Shown: positions 54,989-64,000 of the stretch, in pieces
Numbering within the stretch: position 1 is the stretch's first letter
Layout of the letters: each line of letters opens with the position of its first letter
Source: Clostridia bacterium
GTDB lineage: Bacteria > Bacillota > Clostridia > UMGS1883 > UMGS1540
DNA length: 64,000 bases
Assembly: GCA_045590195.1 (NCBI GenBank)
Contig: JAZNQN010000044.1
Span: 19,186 to 83,185, forward strand
Direction: 5' to 3'
Notes under the pieces: generated by a model
Told to the model about the DNA's origin: nothing
Databases searched by the model: none
Seen by the model: the letters and a program-made list of their open reading frames with translations, nothing else
Made by a program: the position numbers and the translations under genes

Positions 54989-55466
54989 TGTTTATCTCCT
55001 CTCTGAGTTTTTTCAAAAGCTCTGATGCTTTATCCGGTGTCATTGCAGAATATACAACATCGTTTACTGTAAGTACCGGAGCAAGACCACAAGCGCCGAG
55101 ACATGATACTGTTTCAAGTGTAAAGTTTAAGTCGTCGGTAGTTTTTTTGCTTTCGCTAAGTCCAAGTTCACTGCGAAGACGCTCCAAAATCGGAATGGAA
55201 CGGCGAACATGACAAGCTGTTCCGTCGCATATTTTTATTACATATTTTCCCTTTGGTTCAAGAGAAAAGTTTTCGTAAAATGTTGCTACGCTGAAAATCC
55301 TAACTTCAGGAATGTTAAGCTGTTTTGCAAGATGTGGAAAAATATCTTTTGGCAAGTAATGATATTCTTCCTGAATTTCCTGCAAAATTGCGATAATTGC
55401 CTGTGGATTTTTGTCGTATTTATCGACTATTTTATCTACGATTGCAAAATCAAACTGTTCACTCAT
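54981..55466 (-). CDS. hydC: HydC, NuoE-like 2Fe-2S subunit (set 1)
   Basis: CDGTACHVRR...CLGACGLAP. 8-nt overlap with hydB. Confidence 0.9.
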   Translation of the reverse strand: MSEQFDFAIVDKIVDKYDKNPQAIIAILQEIQEEYHYLPKDIFPHLAKQLNIPEVRIFSVATFYENFSLEPKGKYVIKICDGTACHVRRSIPILERLRSELGLSESKKTTDDLNFTLETVSCLGACGLAPVLTVNDVVYSAMTPDKASELLKKLREEINNA

Positions 55467-55488
55467 AGTTTTACTCCTTTGTTTTTAA

Positions 55489-56898
55489 TTATTTATTCTT
55501 AAGGTATTCATCGATTGCCTTGGCAGCAGTTTTACCTGCGCCCATAGCAGATATAACCGTTGCAGCACCTGTTACTGCATCGCCGCCTGCATAAACTGCA
55601 TCGCGTGATGTAAGGCCATCTTCATTTACAATAATTCCGCCTCTGTTATTAACTTCAAGGCCCTTTGTAGTATCTTTTATAAGCGGGTTAGGCGAAGTAC
55701 CAATAGACATTACAACTGCATCAACCTCTAACTCATATTCTGAACCCGGAATTTCTACAGGACGTCTTCTTCCTTTTTCATCAGGTTCGCCAAGTTCCAT
55801 TTTCATAAGGCGAATACCTGTTACAAAACCGTTTTTAGGATCTCTTGGATCCTCAGGATTGTTATAACCCAGAATTTCAACCGGGTTTCTGAGAAGCTGA
55901 AAATCGATTCCCTCTTCTTCAGCATGTTCAACTTCTTCCCTTCTTGCAGGAAGTTCTTCCATTGAACGACGGTAAATAATATAAACCTTCTCAGCTCCAA
56001 GTCTTAAAGCAGTTCTTGCAGCATCCATAGCAACATTACCGCCGCCTACAACTGCAACACGGCCACCTTTCATAATAGGTGTGCTGCCATCTTCACGATA
56101 AGCTTTCATGAGATTGCTTCTTGTTAAGAATTCGTTTGCAGAATAAACGCCTTTAAGAGATTCGCCGGGAATTCCCATGAAATTTGGAAGGCCTGCACCG
56201 CTGCCTACAAAAACAGCTTCATAGCCCATATCAAAAAGCTCGTCGATTGTAAGGGTTTTACCGATTACAACATTAGGCTCAACATTTACGCCAAGTTCTT
56301 TTAAAGTTTCAACTTCTTTAGCAACTATTGCCTTTGGAAGACGAAATTCAGGAATACCATAAACAAGTACACCGCCTGCTGTGTGAAGTGCTTCATAAAC
56401 TGTTACGTCGTAACCTTTTTTAGCAAGGTCACCTGCACAGGTAAGGCCTGAAGGGCCGCTACCAACAACGGCAACTTTGTGGCCGTTAGACAATGGTTTT
56501 TCAGCCTTTTCCTTGGCGTTTTCATTATGCCAGTCAGCAACAAAACGCTCAAGTCGGCCAATGCCTACAGGCTCAAACTTAATTCCAAGAGTACATTTAC
56601 TCTCACACTGTGTTTCCTGTGGGCAAACTCTTCCGCAAACCGCAGGAAGTGAAGATGATTTTGAAATAGACTGATATGCACCTTCAAAATCGCCATTTTT
56701 AATATGAGTAATAAAATCAGGAATATCAATATTTACAGGACAGCCTGCAACGCAAGGCTGGTTTTTACAATTTAAGCATCTTTCAGCTTCTCCTACAGCC
56801 ATTTCCTGAGTATAACCAAGAGCAACTTCATTGAAGTTATGGCCCCTCACATCAGCAGGCTGTGTTGGCATTTCATGCTTTTTAGGATTTATTGCCAT
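55489..56898 (-). CDS. nfnB: NfnB / GltD-like (SudA-like) NADPH-dependent FAD/FeS oxidoreductase subunit
   Basis: CLNCKNQPCVAGCPVNIDIP, VAVVGSGPSGLTCAG and VAVVGGGNVAMDAAR. Confidence 0.8.
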   Translation of the reverse strand: MAINPKKHEMPTQPADVRGHNFNEVALGYTQEMAVGEAERCLNCKNQPCVAGCPVNIDIPDFITHIKNGDFEGAYQSISKSSSLPAVCGRVCPQETQCESKCTLGIKFEPVGIGRLERFVADWHNENAKEKAEKPLSNGHKVAVVGSGPSGLTCAGDLAKKGYDVTVYEALHTAGGVLVYGIPEFRLPKAIVAKEVETLKELGVNVEPNVVIGKTLTIDELFDMGYEAVFVGSGAGLPNFMGIPGESLKGVYSANEFLTRSNLMKAYREDGSTPIMKGGRVAVVGGGNVAMDAARTALRLGAEKVYIIYRRSMEELPARREEVEHAEEEGIDFQLLRNPVEILGYNNPEDPRDPKNGFVTGIRLMKMELGEPDEKGRRRPVEIPGSEYELEVDAVVMSIGTSPNPLIKDTTKGLEVNNRGGIIVNEDGLTSRDAVYAGGDAVTGAATVISAMGAGKTAAKAIDEYLKNK

Positions 56899-56923
56899 TT
56901 TAAATTCCTCCTTCTAAATCAGT

Positions 56924-57772
56924 TCAGGCATTTTTGAAAAGATTGCAAGCTTCTTCATATGCGTGACGCTCAAAATCTGCATACATTCTGCCTCTTGACA
57001 TTGCCTCGTCAAAATCGATTTCGTAGGCATTAAATTCAGGCCCGTCAACACATGCAAACTTTGTAACCTTTTTGCCATCCTGGTTCAAAGTAAGTCGGCA
57101 ACCGCCGCACATACCAGTTCCGTCGATCATAATAGGATTCATTGAAGCTGTTACAGGAACACCAAAAGGTTTGGCAGTTAGAGTAACAAACTTCATCATA
57201 ATAAGCGGACCAATTGTGATGATAATGTCAAATTTTTCTCCGCCTTCAAGCATTTCTTTAAGCGGAACAGTTACGTTACCGTGACGACCATAAGAACCGT
57301 CATCAGTCATTAAAATAAGGTTGTCCGAGCATTCTCTGAACTCATCTTCCAAAATTACAAGATTTTTATCTCTGAAACCGATAATGCTTGTAACTTCAGC
57401 CCCAAGGCGATGAAATTCCTGCGCAACAGGCATAGCAATAGCACAGCCAACGCCTCCGCCTACGATACAAACTTTTTTAATACCTTCAGTATGAGTTGCT
57501 CTTCCAAGAGGACCAACAAAATCTTCAATGAACTCACCTTCGTTTTTCTGACCGAGTTTTGCAGTTGTTCCTCCAACTATTTGAAAAATTATTTTAACTG
57601 TGCCATCTTCCTTGTTGCAACCTGCAACTGTAAGCGGTATTCTTTCGCCTTCGCTGTCGACACGTAAAATAATAAACTGACCTGGTTTTGCCTTTGCTGC
57701 AACTAACGGAGCTTCAATTTCCATCTGGGTTACAGTTGGGTTTAACACTCTTTTACGCACAATTTTGTACAT
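56924..57772 (-). CDS. nfnA: NfnA / SudB / PyrK-like FAD 2Fe-2S subunit
   Basis: PGQFIILRV, IVGGGVGCAIAMP and C-terminal GTGMCGGCRL...FACVDGPEF. Confidence 0.8.
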   Translation of the reverse strand: MYKIVRKRVLNPTVTQMEIEAPLVAAKAKPGQFIILRVDSEGERIPLTVAGCNKEDGTVKIIFQIVGGTTAKLGQKNEGEFIEDFVGPLGRATHTEGIKKVCIVGGGVGCAIAMPVAQEFHRLGAEVTSIIGFRDKNLVILEDEFRECSDNLILMTDDGSYGRHGNVTVPLKEMLEGGEKFDIIITIGPLIMMKFVTLTAKPFGVPVTASMNPIMIDGTGMCGGCRLTLNQDGKKVTKFACVDGPEFNAYEIDFDEAMSRGRMYADFERHAYEEACNLFKNA

Positions 57773-57927
57773 AAAAATTCACCTCTCTATATTTTAAATA
57801 ATTGTTATATTACATACATAACTTTACATAATATATAATAACACAATTACACTTTTTTGCATATTATAAAATTTGCATATCCGTTATATACTTATAGGCA
57901 TATGGTTATTTCGTTTTTACATAACAA

Positions 57928-57958
57928 CAGCGCGATACATTTATTATGTACCGCGCTG
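57928..57958 (-). terminator. Terminator after hydA (set 2)
   Basis: CAGCGCG-x-TACAT TTATT ATGTA-x-CGCGCTG, followed on the minus strand by a U-rich tract. Confidence 0.6.
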
Positions 57959-57974
57959 CTTAAAATTATTTAAA

Positions 57975-59711
57975 TCAGTATTTCTTTCTTTCTACATAGT
58001 GAGTATGTAAAAGGTCGTGAGCTTTGTGTGAACCGGGTTCGCCAAAGTACTCTTTATAGAGTTTGTCAACATCAGGATTCTTATGACTCTGTCTTACAGT
58101 AGATGCTTTGTCTTCAGCATAAAGGGCTTTTGCCCTTTCAGCCTTAACATCCATATCCATACGAAGCTTAGCCGGAACAATCGGCTGACCGCCACCTGTT
58201 ACGCAACCACCGGGACAAGCCATAATTTCGATAAAGTGATAATCTGCTTTGCCCTCTTTAATACTGTCGAGAAGTGCACGTGCATTTCCAAGGCCATGAG
58301 CAATAGCAACTTTAACTTCTTTACCCCCGAGAGTAAGAGCAGCTTCTTTAATGCCCTCAACACCTCTTACTGCCTCAAAATCAAGGCTTGCAGGCTCTTT
58401 ACCGTCAAGAATTTCGGCAACTGTACGAAGTGCTGCTTCCATAACACCACCTGTTGCACCAAAGATAACACCTGCGCCTGTATCCATACCAAATGGGTCA
58501 TCGAATTTTGCATCTTCAAGAGAAGCAAAATCTATACCCTGTTCTTTAATCATTTTAGCAAGTTCTCTTGTTGTAAGAACGATATCAACATCTTGAAATT
58601 CGTTGCCAAGTTCTTCTCTGCCAGCTTCGAACTTTTTAGCTACGCAAGGCATAACGGAAACTACAACCATTTTTTCAGGGTCGATATTATTCTTTTCTGC
58701 ATAGTAAGATTTAAGAACAGCACCAAACATTTCGTGAGGAGATTTACAGCTTGAAAGGTTTGGAATAAATTCAGGATAGTAATGTTCACAGAACTTAACC
58801 CAACCAGGGCTGCAAGAAGTTATAAGTGGCAACTTACCACCATCTTTAATTCTGTTTATAAGCTCTGTTCCTTCTTCCATAATTGTAAGGTCGGCAGCTG
58901 TATTTGTATCAAAAACTTTGTCAAATCCGAGCATCTTGAGTGCATTTGCCATTTTACCTGTAACAGGTGTGCCAATTTCAAATCCGAATTCTTCGCCAAG
59001 TGCCGCTCTTACAGCAGGAGCTGTCTGAACGATAACATATTTTTCAGGATCGGCAATTGCTTCCCAAGTCTGTGCAATACTGTCTTTTTCATAAAGTGCA
59101 CCAACAGGACAAGCAGCAATACACTGACCACAGTTAACACAGGCAACATCGCCAAGTGATTGTTCAAACGCACAAGCAATTGAAGTGTTGAAACCACGGT
59201 TAACAGCGTCAATAACAGATACAGTTTGAATATTTTTACAAGCACTTACACAGCGACGGCAGAGAATACATTTGTTGTTATCACGAACAATTGATGCTGA
59301 TGAATCATCAATTTCCTGGACATTTCTCTCGCCTTCAAAAGCAATATCACGAACACCGAGTTCTTCAGCCAAAGTCTGAAGTTCACAATTTCTGTTTCTT
59401 TCGCAAGTAAGACATCTTTTGTCATGAGCGGAAAGAATAAGCTCAAGTGTGATTTTTCTTGCTTTTCTGACTTTTTCGCTGTTTGTTACAACCTCAAGGC
59501 CTTCTGAAACAGGATAAACACAAGCCGCCTGAAGTGTTCTTGCAGTTGAAACTTCAACTACGCACATACGGCATGAACCTGTTTTGCTTACATCCTTTAA
59601 ATAACAAAGAGTAGGGATGTGAATATTTGCACTGCGTGCAGCTTCAAGAACGGTATAATTTGCAGGAACGCTAAGGCTCTTGCCGTTAATTTTAATATTT
59701 ACATTTTCCAT
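57975..59711 (-). CDS. hydA: [FeFe]-hydrogenase catalytic subunit HydA (set 2) with atypical TSCSPGW L1 motif
   Basis: The domain order matches set 1. MPCVAKKFEA and EIMACPGGCVTGGGQP are canonical, but L1 reads LITSCSPGW (codons TGC AGC CCT, with Ser at 58809-58811). Confidence 0.85.
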   Translation of the reverse strand: MENVNIKINGKSLSVPANYTVLEAARSANIHIPTLCYLKDVSKTGSCRMCVVEVSTARTLQAACVYPVSEGLEVVTNSEKVRKARKITLELILSAHDKRCLTCERNRNCELQTLAEELGVRDIAFEGERNVQEIDDSSASIVRDNNKCILCRRCVSACKNIQTVSVIDAVNRGFNTSIACAFEQSLGDVACVNCGQCIAACPVGALYEKDSIAQTWEAIADPEKYVIVQTAPAVRAALGEEFGFEIGTPVTGKMANALKMLGFDKVFDTNTAADLTIMEEGTELINRIKDGGKLPLITSCSPGWVKFCEHYYPEFIPNLSSCKSPHEMFGAVLKSYYAEKNNIDPEKMVVVSVMPCVAKKFEAGREELGNEFQDVDIVLTTRELAKMIKEQGIDFASLEDAKFDDPFGMDTGAGVIFGATGGVMEAALRTVAEILDGKEPASLDFEAVRGVEGIKEAALTLGGKEVKVAIAHGLGNARALLDSIKEGKADYHFIEIMACPGGCVTGGGQPIVPAKLRMDMDVKAERAKALYAEDKASTVRQSHKNPDVDKLYKEYFGEPGSHKAHDLLHTHYVERKKY

Positions 59712-59730
59712 AATTATCTGCTCCCCTCTC

Positions 59731-61605
59731 TTAGTGTTTTTCTATTGCGCCAAATTTACAGCTATCCATACACACGCCACATTTGATACATTTGTCTGTA
59801 TCAATTGTAAATGGCGATTTGATTTCGCCTGAAATTGCGCCAACAGGACATTTTCTTGCACAGAGTGAACACCCTTTACATTTATCTGCAACAATCTCGT
59901 ATTTAAGAAGTTTTTTACATACGCCTGCAGGACATTTTTTATCACGAACGTGAGCAATGTATTCATCCCTGAAATAACGAAGTGTGCTGAGTACAGGGTT
60001 AGGAGCTGTCTGGCCAAGGCCACAAAGTGAAGAAGTTTTAATAGCTTCACAAAGCTCTTCAAGCTTATCAATATCTTCCATTGTTCCCTTACCTTCTGTA
60101 ATTTTTGTAAGAATTTCAAGAAGGCGTTTTGTACCGATACGGCATGGCGAACATTTACCACAGCTCTCATCAACTGTAAATTCAAGGAAGAATTTAGCAA
60201 TATCAACCATACAGTTATCTTCATCCATTACAATAAGACCACCGCTGCCCATCATAGAGCCAATGCTCATAAGCGAATCGTAATCAATAGCTGTATCAAT
60301 CAAAGATGCAGGAATACATCCTCCCGAAGGGCCACCTGTCTGAGCGGCTTTAAATTTCTTACCGTTTGGAATTCCGCCGCCAATTTCTTCGATGATTTCA
60401 CGAAGAGTTGTTCCCATAGGAACTTCAACAAGACCTGTGTTATTGATTTTACCACCAAGAGCAAATACTTTTGTACCTGCGCTCTTTTCGGTACCAATAC
60501 CTTTAAACCAAGCGGCACCATTATTTATAATCATAGGAATATTTGCATAAGTTTCAACATTATTCAGAAGAGTTGGTTTCTGCCACAAACCTTTAACAGC
60601 CGGGAACGGAGGACGTGGACGTGGTTCGCCACGGTGACCTTCAATAGAAGTCATAAGAGCTGTTTCCTCGCCGCAAACAAATGCACCGGCACCAAGACGA
60701 AGCTCAAGGTTAAATTCGAAATCAGTTCCAAAAATATTTTTACCAAGAATTCCATATTCCCTTGCCTGTTCAATAGCAATATTAAGGCGGTCAACCGCGA
60801 TAGGATATTCGGCACGAATATAGATATAACCCTGCTTAGCGCCTACTGCATAAGCTGCAATTGACATAGCCTCTATAATAGTGTGAGGATCACCCTCAAG
60901 AACACTACGGTCCATAAACGCACCAGGGTCGCCTTCATCGGCATTACATGCAACATATTTTTCTTCGCCGGGAGCATTTGCAGTAAACAACCATTTCATA
61001 CCTGTTGAGAAGCCGGCACCGCCACGGCCACGAAGACTTGAGTTTTTAACTTCATCAATTACTTCAGCAGGTGTCATACTTGTAAGAACTTTTTCAAGGG
61101 CTTTATAACCATCGAAAGCTATGTATTCATCAATATTTTCAGGATTAACAACACCACAGTTACGAAGAGCAAGACGCTGTTGTTTTCTGTAGAAATTAAC
61201 ATCGTTAAGACCTTTGATATTTTCACCATCAATTGTTTCCTGATAAACAAGGCGTTTTACAACGTTTCCACCCTTAAGGTGTTCACTGACAATTTCCTTA
61301 ACATCTTCAATTTTTACGCAGCTGTAAAAACATCCTTCAGGATATACTATCATAATCGGGCCAAGTGCACAAAGGCCAAAGCAACCGGTCTGAACAACCT
61401 GAATTTCGTCTGCAATACCAAAATCTGCAAGCTGTTTTTTAAGTTCTGTAATAATTTTGGGCGAACCCGATGAAGTACAACCTGTACCGCCACATACGAG
61501 CACATGGTGGCGAATTTTATCGGGAACCACATTTTTATCTTTACGAAGTGAAATTCTTTTAAAAGTTTCACTACGTATAGCATTTATTTCATTTAAGCTT
61601 TTCAT
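59731..61605 (-). CDS. hydB: HydB, NuoF-like subunit (set 2)
   Basis: GRGGAGFSTGMKW, CNADEGDPGAFMDR and ESCGKCSPCRIG. ATG 61605 lies 7 nt after GGAGG. Confidence 0.9.
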   Translation of the reverse strand: MKSLNEINAIRSETFKRISLRKDKNVVPDKIRHHVLVCGGTGCTSSGSPKIITELKKQLADFGIADEIQVVQTGCFGLCALGPIMIVYPEGCFYSCVKIEDVKEIVSEHLKGGNVVKRLVYQETIDGENIKGLNDVNFYRKQQRLALRNCGVVNPENIDEYIAFDGYKALEKVLTSMTPAEVIDEVKNSSLRGRGGAGFSTGMKWLFTANAPGEEKYVACNADEGDPGAFMDRSVLEGDPHTIIEAMSIAAYAVGAKQGYIYIRAEYPIAVDRLNIAIEQAREYGILGKNIFGTDFEFNLELRLGAGAFVCGEETALMTSIEGHRGEPRPRPPFPAVKGLWQKPTLLNNVETYANIPMIINNGAAWFKGIGTEKSAGTKVFALGGKINNTGLVEVPMGTTLREIIEEIGGGIPNGKKFKAAQTGGPSGGCIPASLIDTAIDYDSLMSIGSMMGSGGLIVMDEDNCMVDIAKFFLEFTVDESCGKCSPCRIGTKRLLEILTKITEGKGTMEDIDKLEELCEAIKTSSLCGLGQTAPNPVLSTLRYFRDEYIAHVRDKKCPAGVCKKLLKYEIVADKCKGCSLCARKCPVGAISGEIKSPFTIDTDKCIKCGVCMDSCKFGAIEKH

Positions 61606-61632
61606 AATCAAACCTCCAAGTTCAAATCTGGT

Positions 61633-62121
61633 TTATTCCATATACTTTTTCAAGATGCCTTCAACTTCGTCAACGGTAAGTTTTCCGTAAACGTCTTCGC
61701 CAACTGTCATAACAGGAGCAAGACCGCAGGCACCGATACATCTTGTAGCATCGATAGAGAAAAGACCGTCGGGAGTACATTCTCCAACTTCTATTCCCAA
61801 AATTTCCTTAACCTTCTCCAGAATAAGATTTGAACCTTTTACATAACATGCAGTACCAAGACAAACACCTATCTGATATTTGCCCTTTGGATTAAGTGAA
61901 AACTGAGCATAAAAAGTTACAACTCCATAAATTTCAGCCAAAGGAATATTAAGTCCTTCTGCAATCATTGTCTGCACTTCGATTGGCAGATATCCATAAA
62001 TTTTCTGCGCTTCGTGCAAAACAGGAATAACTGCGCCGGGCTGATCTTTGTGCATTTCAATAACTTCGTTAAGCTTTGCAGCCTGTTCACTTGTTCCTGC
62101 AAATGGTATTGTTTGTGCCAT
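61633..62121 (-). CDS. hydC: HydC, NuoE-like subunit (set 2)
   Basis: CLGTACYVKG...CIGACGLAP. Confidence 0.9.
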   Translation of the reverse strand: MAQTIPFAGTSEQAAKLNEVIEMHKDQPGAVIPVLHEAQKIYGYLPIEVQTMIAEGLNIPLAEIYGVVTFYAQFSLNPKGKYQIGVCLGTACYVKGSNLILEKVKEILGIEVGECTPDGLFSIDATRCIGACGLAPVMTVGEDVYGKLTVDEVEGILKKYME

Positions 62122-62399
62122 TAAAAACTCCTCCTATGTTTTATATTAATGCATAATAACACATCATTGTTAATATTATATCAATTATATCACTTTTACA
62201 CAAGTACCTAAATTATTTTTGGTTACATTGTACAAAACTTACCGCGTATTTTCCGTTTTTACCTATGCTTTTTTTGCATAATGACTATATAAAAAATGTT
62301 GGATAACAAAATTACACAAATATAGCTAAAAAAACTTTGACTTTTTTCCTATAATATGTTATCATTATTTAATAATGCATTTTACGAGGAGTGAATCAA

Positions 62400-63962
62400 G
62401 TGGCAGAAAACATTAAAAGTACCACAGAAGAACAGGTACAGGATTTAAACGAAATTTTACAGGTAAGAAGAGATAAGCTTGCCGAACTTCAGCAAAGCGG
62501 CAACGATCCTTTTCAGATAACAAAATTTGACCGTACACATTCTTCAAAAGATATTTGCGAAGGATACACAACCGAAGAACGCACAGTAACTGTTCGCGGA
62601 GAGGAAACACAGGTAACTGCTAAAATCTCCCCTCTCGACGGGAAAATTGTTACTGTTGCCGGCAGAATTATGTCAAAACGTGGTATGGGTAAAGTTGGCT
62701 TTGCTCACATTGCTGATATTGACGGTCAGCTTCAGCTTTTTGTTAAAAAAGATATTCTTGGCGAAGATGACTATAATACATTTAAAAAATATGATATTGG
62801 CGACATTGTTGGCGCTGAAGGCGAAGTTTTCACAACACAGACAGGCGAAATTTCAGTTCGTGTAAATAAACTTACACTTCTTTCAAAATCACTTCAGCCT
62901 CTCCCTGAGAAGTTCCATGGTATGACAAATACCGACCTTCGTTACAGACAGCGCTATGTCGACCTTATTATGAACGCCGATGTTAAAGATACATTTATCA
63001 AGCGTTCAAAGATTATCAGCGCAATCCGCACATATCTTGCAAAAGAAAACTTTCTCGAAGTTGAAACACCAATGCTTGTTTCAAACGCAGGCGGCGCTGC
63101 TGCCCGTCCTTTCGAAACACATTTTAATGCTCTTGATGAAGATTTCAAACTTCGTATTTCTCTTGAACTTTACTTAAAACGTCTTATCGTTGGTGGTCTT
63201 GAAAGAGTATATGAAATTGGAAGAGTTTTCAGAAACGAAGGCCTTGACACCCGTCATAATCCTGAGTTTACTCTTATGGAGCTTTATCAGGCATATACAG
63301 ATTACCACGGTATGATGGATTTAACTGAAAACCTCTACCGCTATGTTGCAAACGAAGTTTTAGGCACAACTAAAATTGTTTATAACGGTATTGAAATGGA
63401 TTTAGGCAAGCCTTTTGAAAGAATTACAATGCTTGATGCAGTTAAAAAGTATTCCGGTGTTGACTTTAATGAAATTAAAACTACCGAAGAAGCTCACGCA
63501 GTTGCAAAAGAACACAATATCGAATTTGAGAAACATCATAAAAAAGGCGATATCTTAAACCTTTTCTTTGAAGAATATGTTGAACATCACTTAATTCAGC
63601 CTACATTTGTTATGGATCATCCGGTTGAAATTTCTCCTCTTACCAAGAAGAAACCGGAAAATCCTGATTATGTTGAACGTTTTGAATTCTTTATGAACGG
63701 CTGGGAAATGGCAAATGCTTATTCAGAACTTAACGACCCAATTGACCAGAGAGAACGTTTTAAGGCTCAGGAAGAACTTCTTGCTATGGGCGATGAAGAA
63801 GCTAACACAACTGATGAAGACTTTATGCGTGCACTTGAAATTGGTATGCCTCCAACAGGCGGTATCGGATTTGGTATTGACAGAATGTGTATGCTCCTTA
63901 CCGACTCTGCTGCAATCCGCGATGTACTTCTCTTCCCGACAATGAAACCGCTTGATAAGTAA
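62400..63962 (+). CDS. lysS: Lysyl-tRNA synthetase (class II)
   Basis: [17 protein letters not shown] (motif 2), [14 protein letters not shown] (motif 3) and an OB-fold N-domain. GTG 62400 lies 8 nt after GAGGAG; the ORF-track GTG 62391 sits too close to the RBS. Confidence 0.9.
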   Translation: MAENIKSTTEEQVQDLNEILQVRRDKLAELQQSGNDPFQITKFDRTHSSKDICEGYTTEERTVTVRGEETQVTAKISPLDGKIVTVAGRIMSKRGMGKVGFAHIADIDGQLQLFVKKDILGEDDYNTFKKYDIGDIVGAEGEVFTTQTGEISVRVNKLTLLSKSLQPLPEKFHGMTNTDLRYRQRYVDLIMNADVKDTFIKRSKIISAIRTYLAKENFLEVETPMLVSNAGGAAARPFETHFNALDEDFKLRISLELYLKRLIVGGLERVYEIGRVFRNEGLDTRHNPEFTLMELYQAYTDYHGMMDLTENLYRYVANEVLGTTKIVYNGIEMDLGKPFERITMLDAVKKYSGVDFNEIKTTEEAHAVAKEHNIEFEKHHKKGDILNLFFEEYVEHHLIQPTFVMDHPVEISPLTKKKPENPDYVERFEFFMNGWEMANAYSELNDPIDQRERFKAQEELLAMGDEEANTTDEDFMRALEIGMPPTGGIGFGIDRMCMLLTDSAAIRDVLLFPTMKPLDK

Positions 63963-64000
63963 AAACAAAAAACTCTTGCAAACGGCGGTGCTTCTTAGGG

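Noticed and set aside
57773-57974. Rex-type redox operators upstream of nfnA and upstream of hydC set 2 (62122-62390). This includes the repeated ATATGCAAA motif at about 57860-57900.
   Set aside because: Neither region matches the Rex consensus as I recall it (TTGTGAA-N-TTCACAA). The repeats are short and AT-rich and cannot be evaluated without genome-wide statistics.
58083-58754. 223-aa plus-strand ORF inside hydA (set 2). Similar cases are 43319-43858, 37544-38008, 45051-45476 and 41900-42259.
   Set aside because: All are antisense to genes with strong cofactor motifs. They are Cys/Phe/Asn-rich shadow frames of FeS-protein genes with no independent support.

Overview
This is a 64-kb chromosomal segment from a low-GC, spore-forming, strictly anaerobic Firmicute of the Clostridia type. 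The taxon cannot be assigned without a database search. All calls come from reading motifs, junctions and hairpins by eye. No searches or structure predictions were run. Layout: (i) 1-2357 is the right-hand end of an integrative element with two tandem, overlapping tyrosine recombinases. It abuts a rearranged tRNA-Pro locus that holds an intact tRNA-Pro(CGG) plus an orphaned, promoter-proximal 5' half of a second tRNA-Pro allele. (ii) 2.4-33.9 kb is mostly housekeeping: an SLH-anchored serpin, htrA with a two-component system, yunB, radical-SAM, rnc, acpP, plsX, smc, ftsY, ruvX, a candidate 6S-like ncRNA, tyrS, nfo, cca, rpmE, a YhaO/YhaN-like nuclease/ATPase pair, kduI, dut and eno. (iii) 34-62 kb is an uninterrupted minus-strand redox block of about 28 kb. 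It contains a 12-gene operon, mdh-fumC-hdrB-hdrC-hdrA-mvhD-(three Flx-like genes)-frdB-like-frdA-like-transporter. This is followed by an hfs-like sensory [FeFe]-hydrogenase module (small 2Fe-2S protein, PAS-hydrogenase HydS, SpoIIE-type phosphatase, third hydrogenase). Then come an nfnAB-hydCBA-ferredoxin operon and a second, divergent hydCBA set. lysS closes the window. The headline candidate is the 12-gene operon. It joins a soluble, anchor-less fumarate-reductase-like FrdAB pair and the malate/fumarate enzymes to a complete FlxABCD/HdrABC-type flavin-based electron-bifurcation module. That suggests a quinone-independent NADH:fumarate oxidoreductase that may co-reduce ferredoxin. I cannot verify novelty from the sequence alone.
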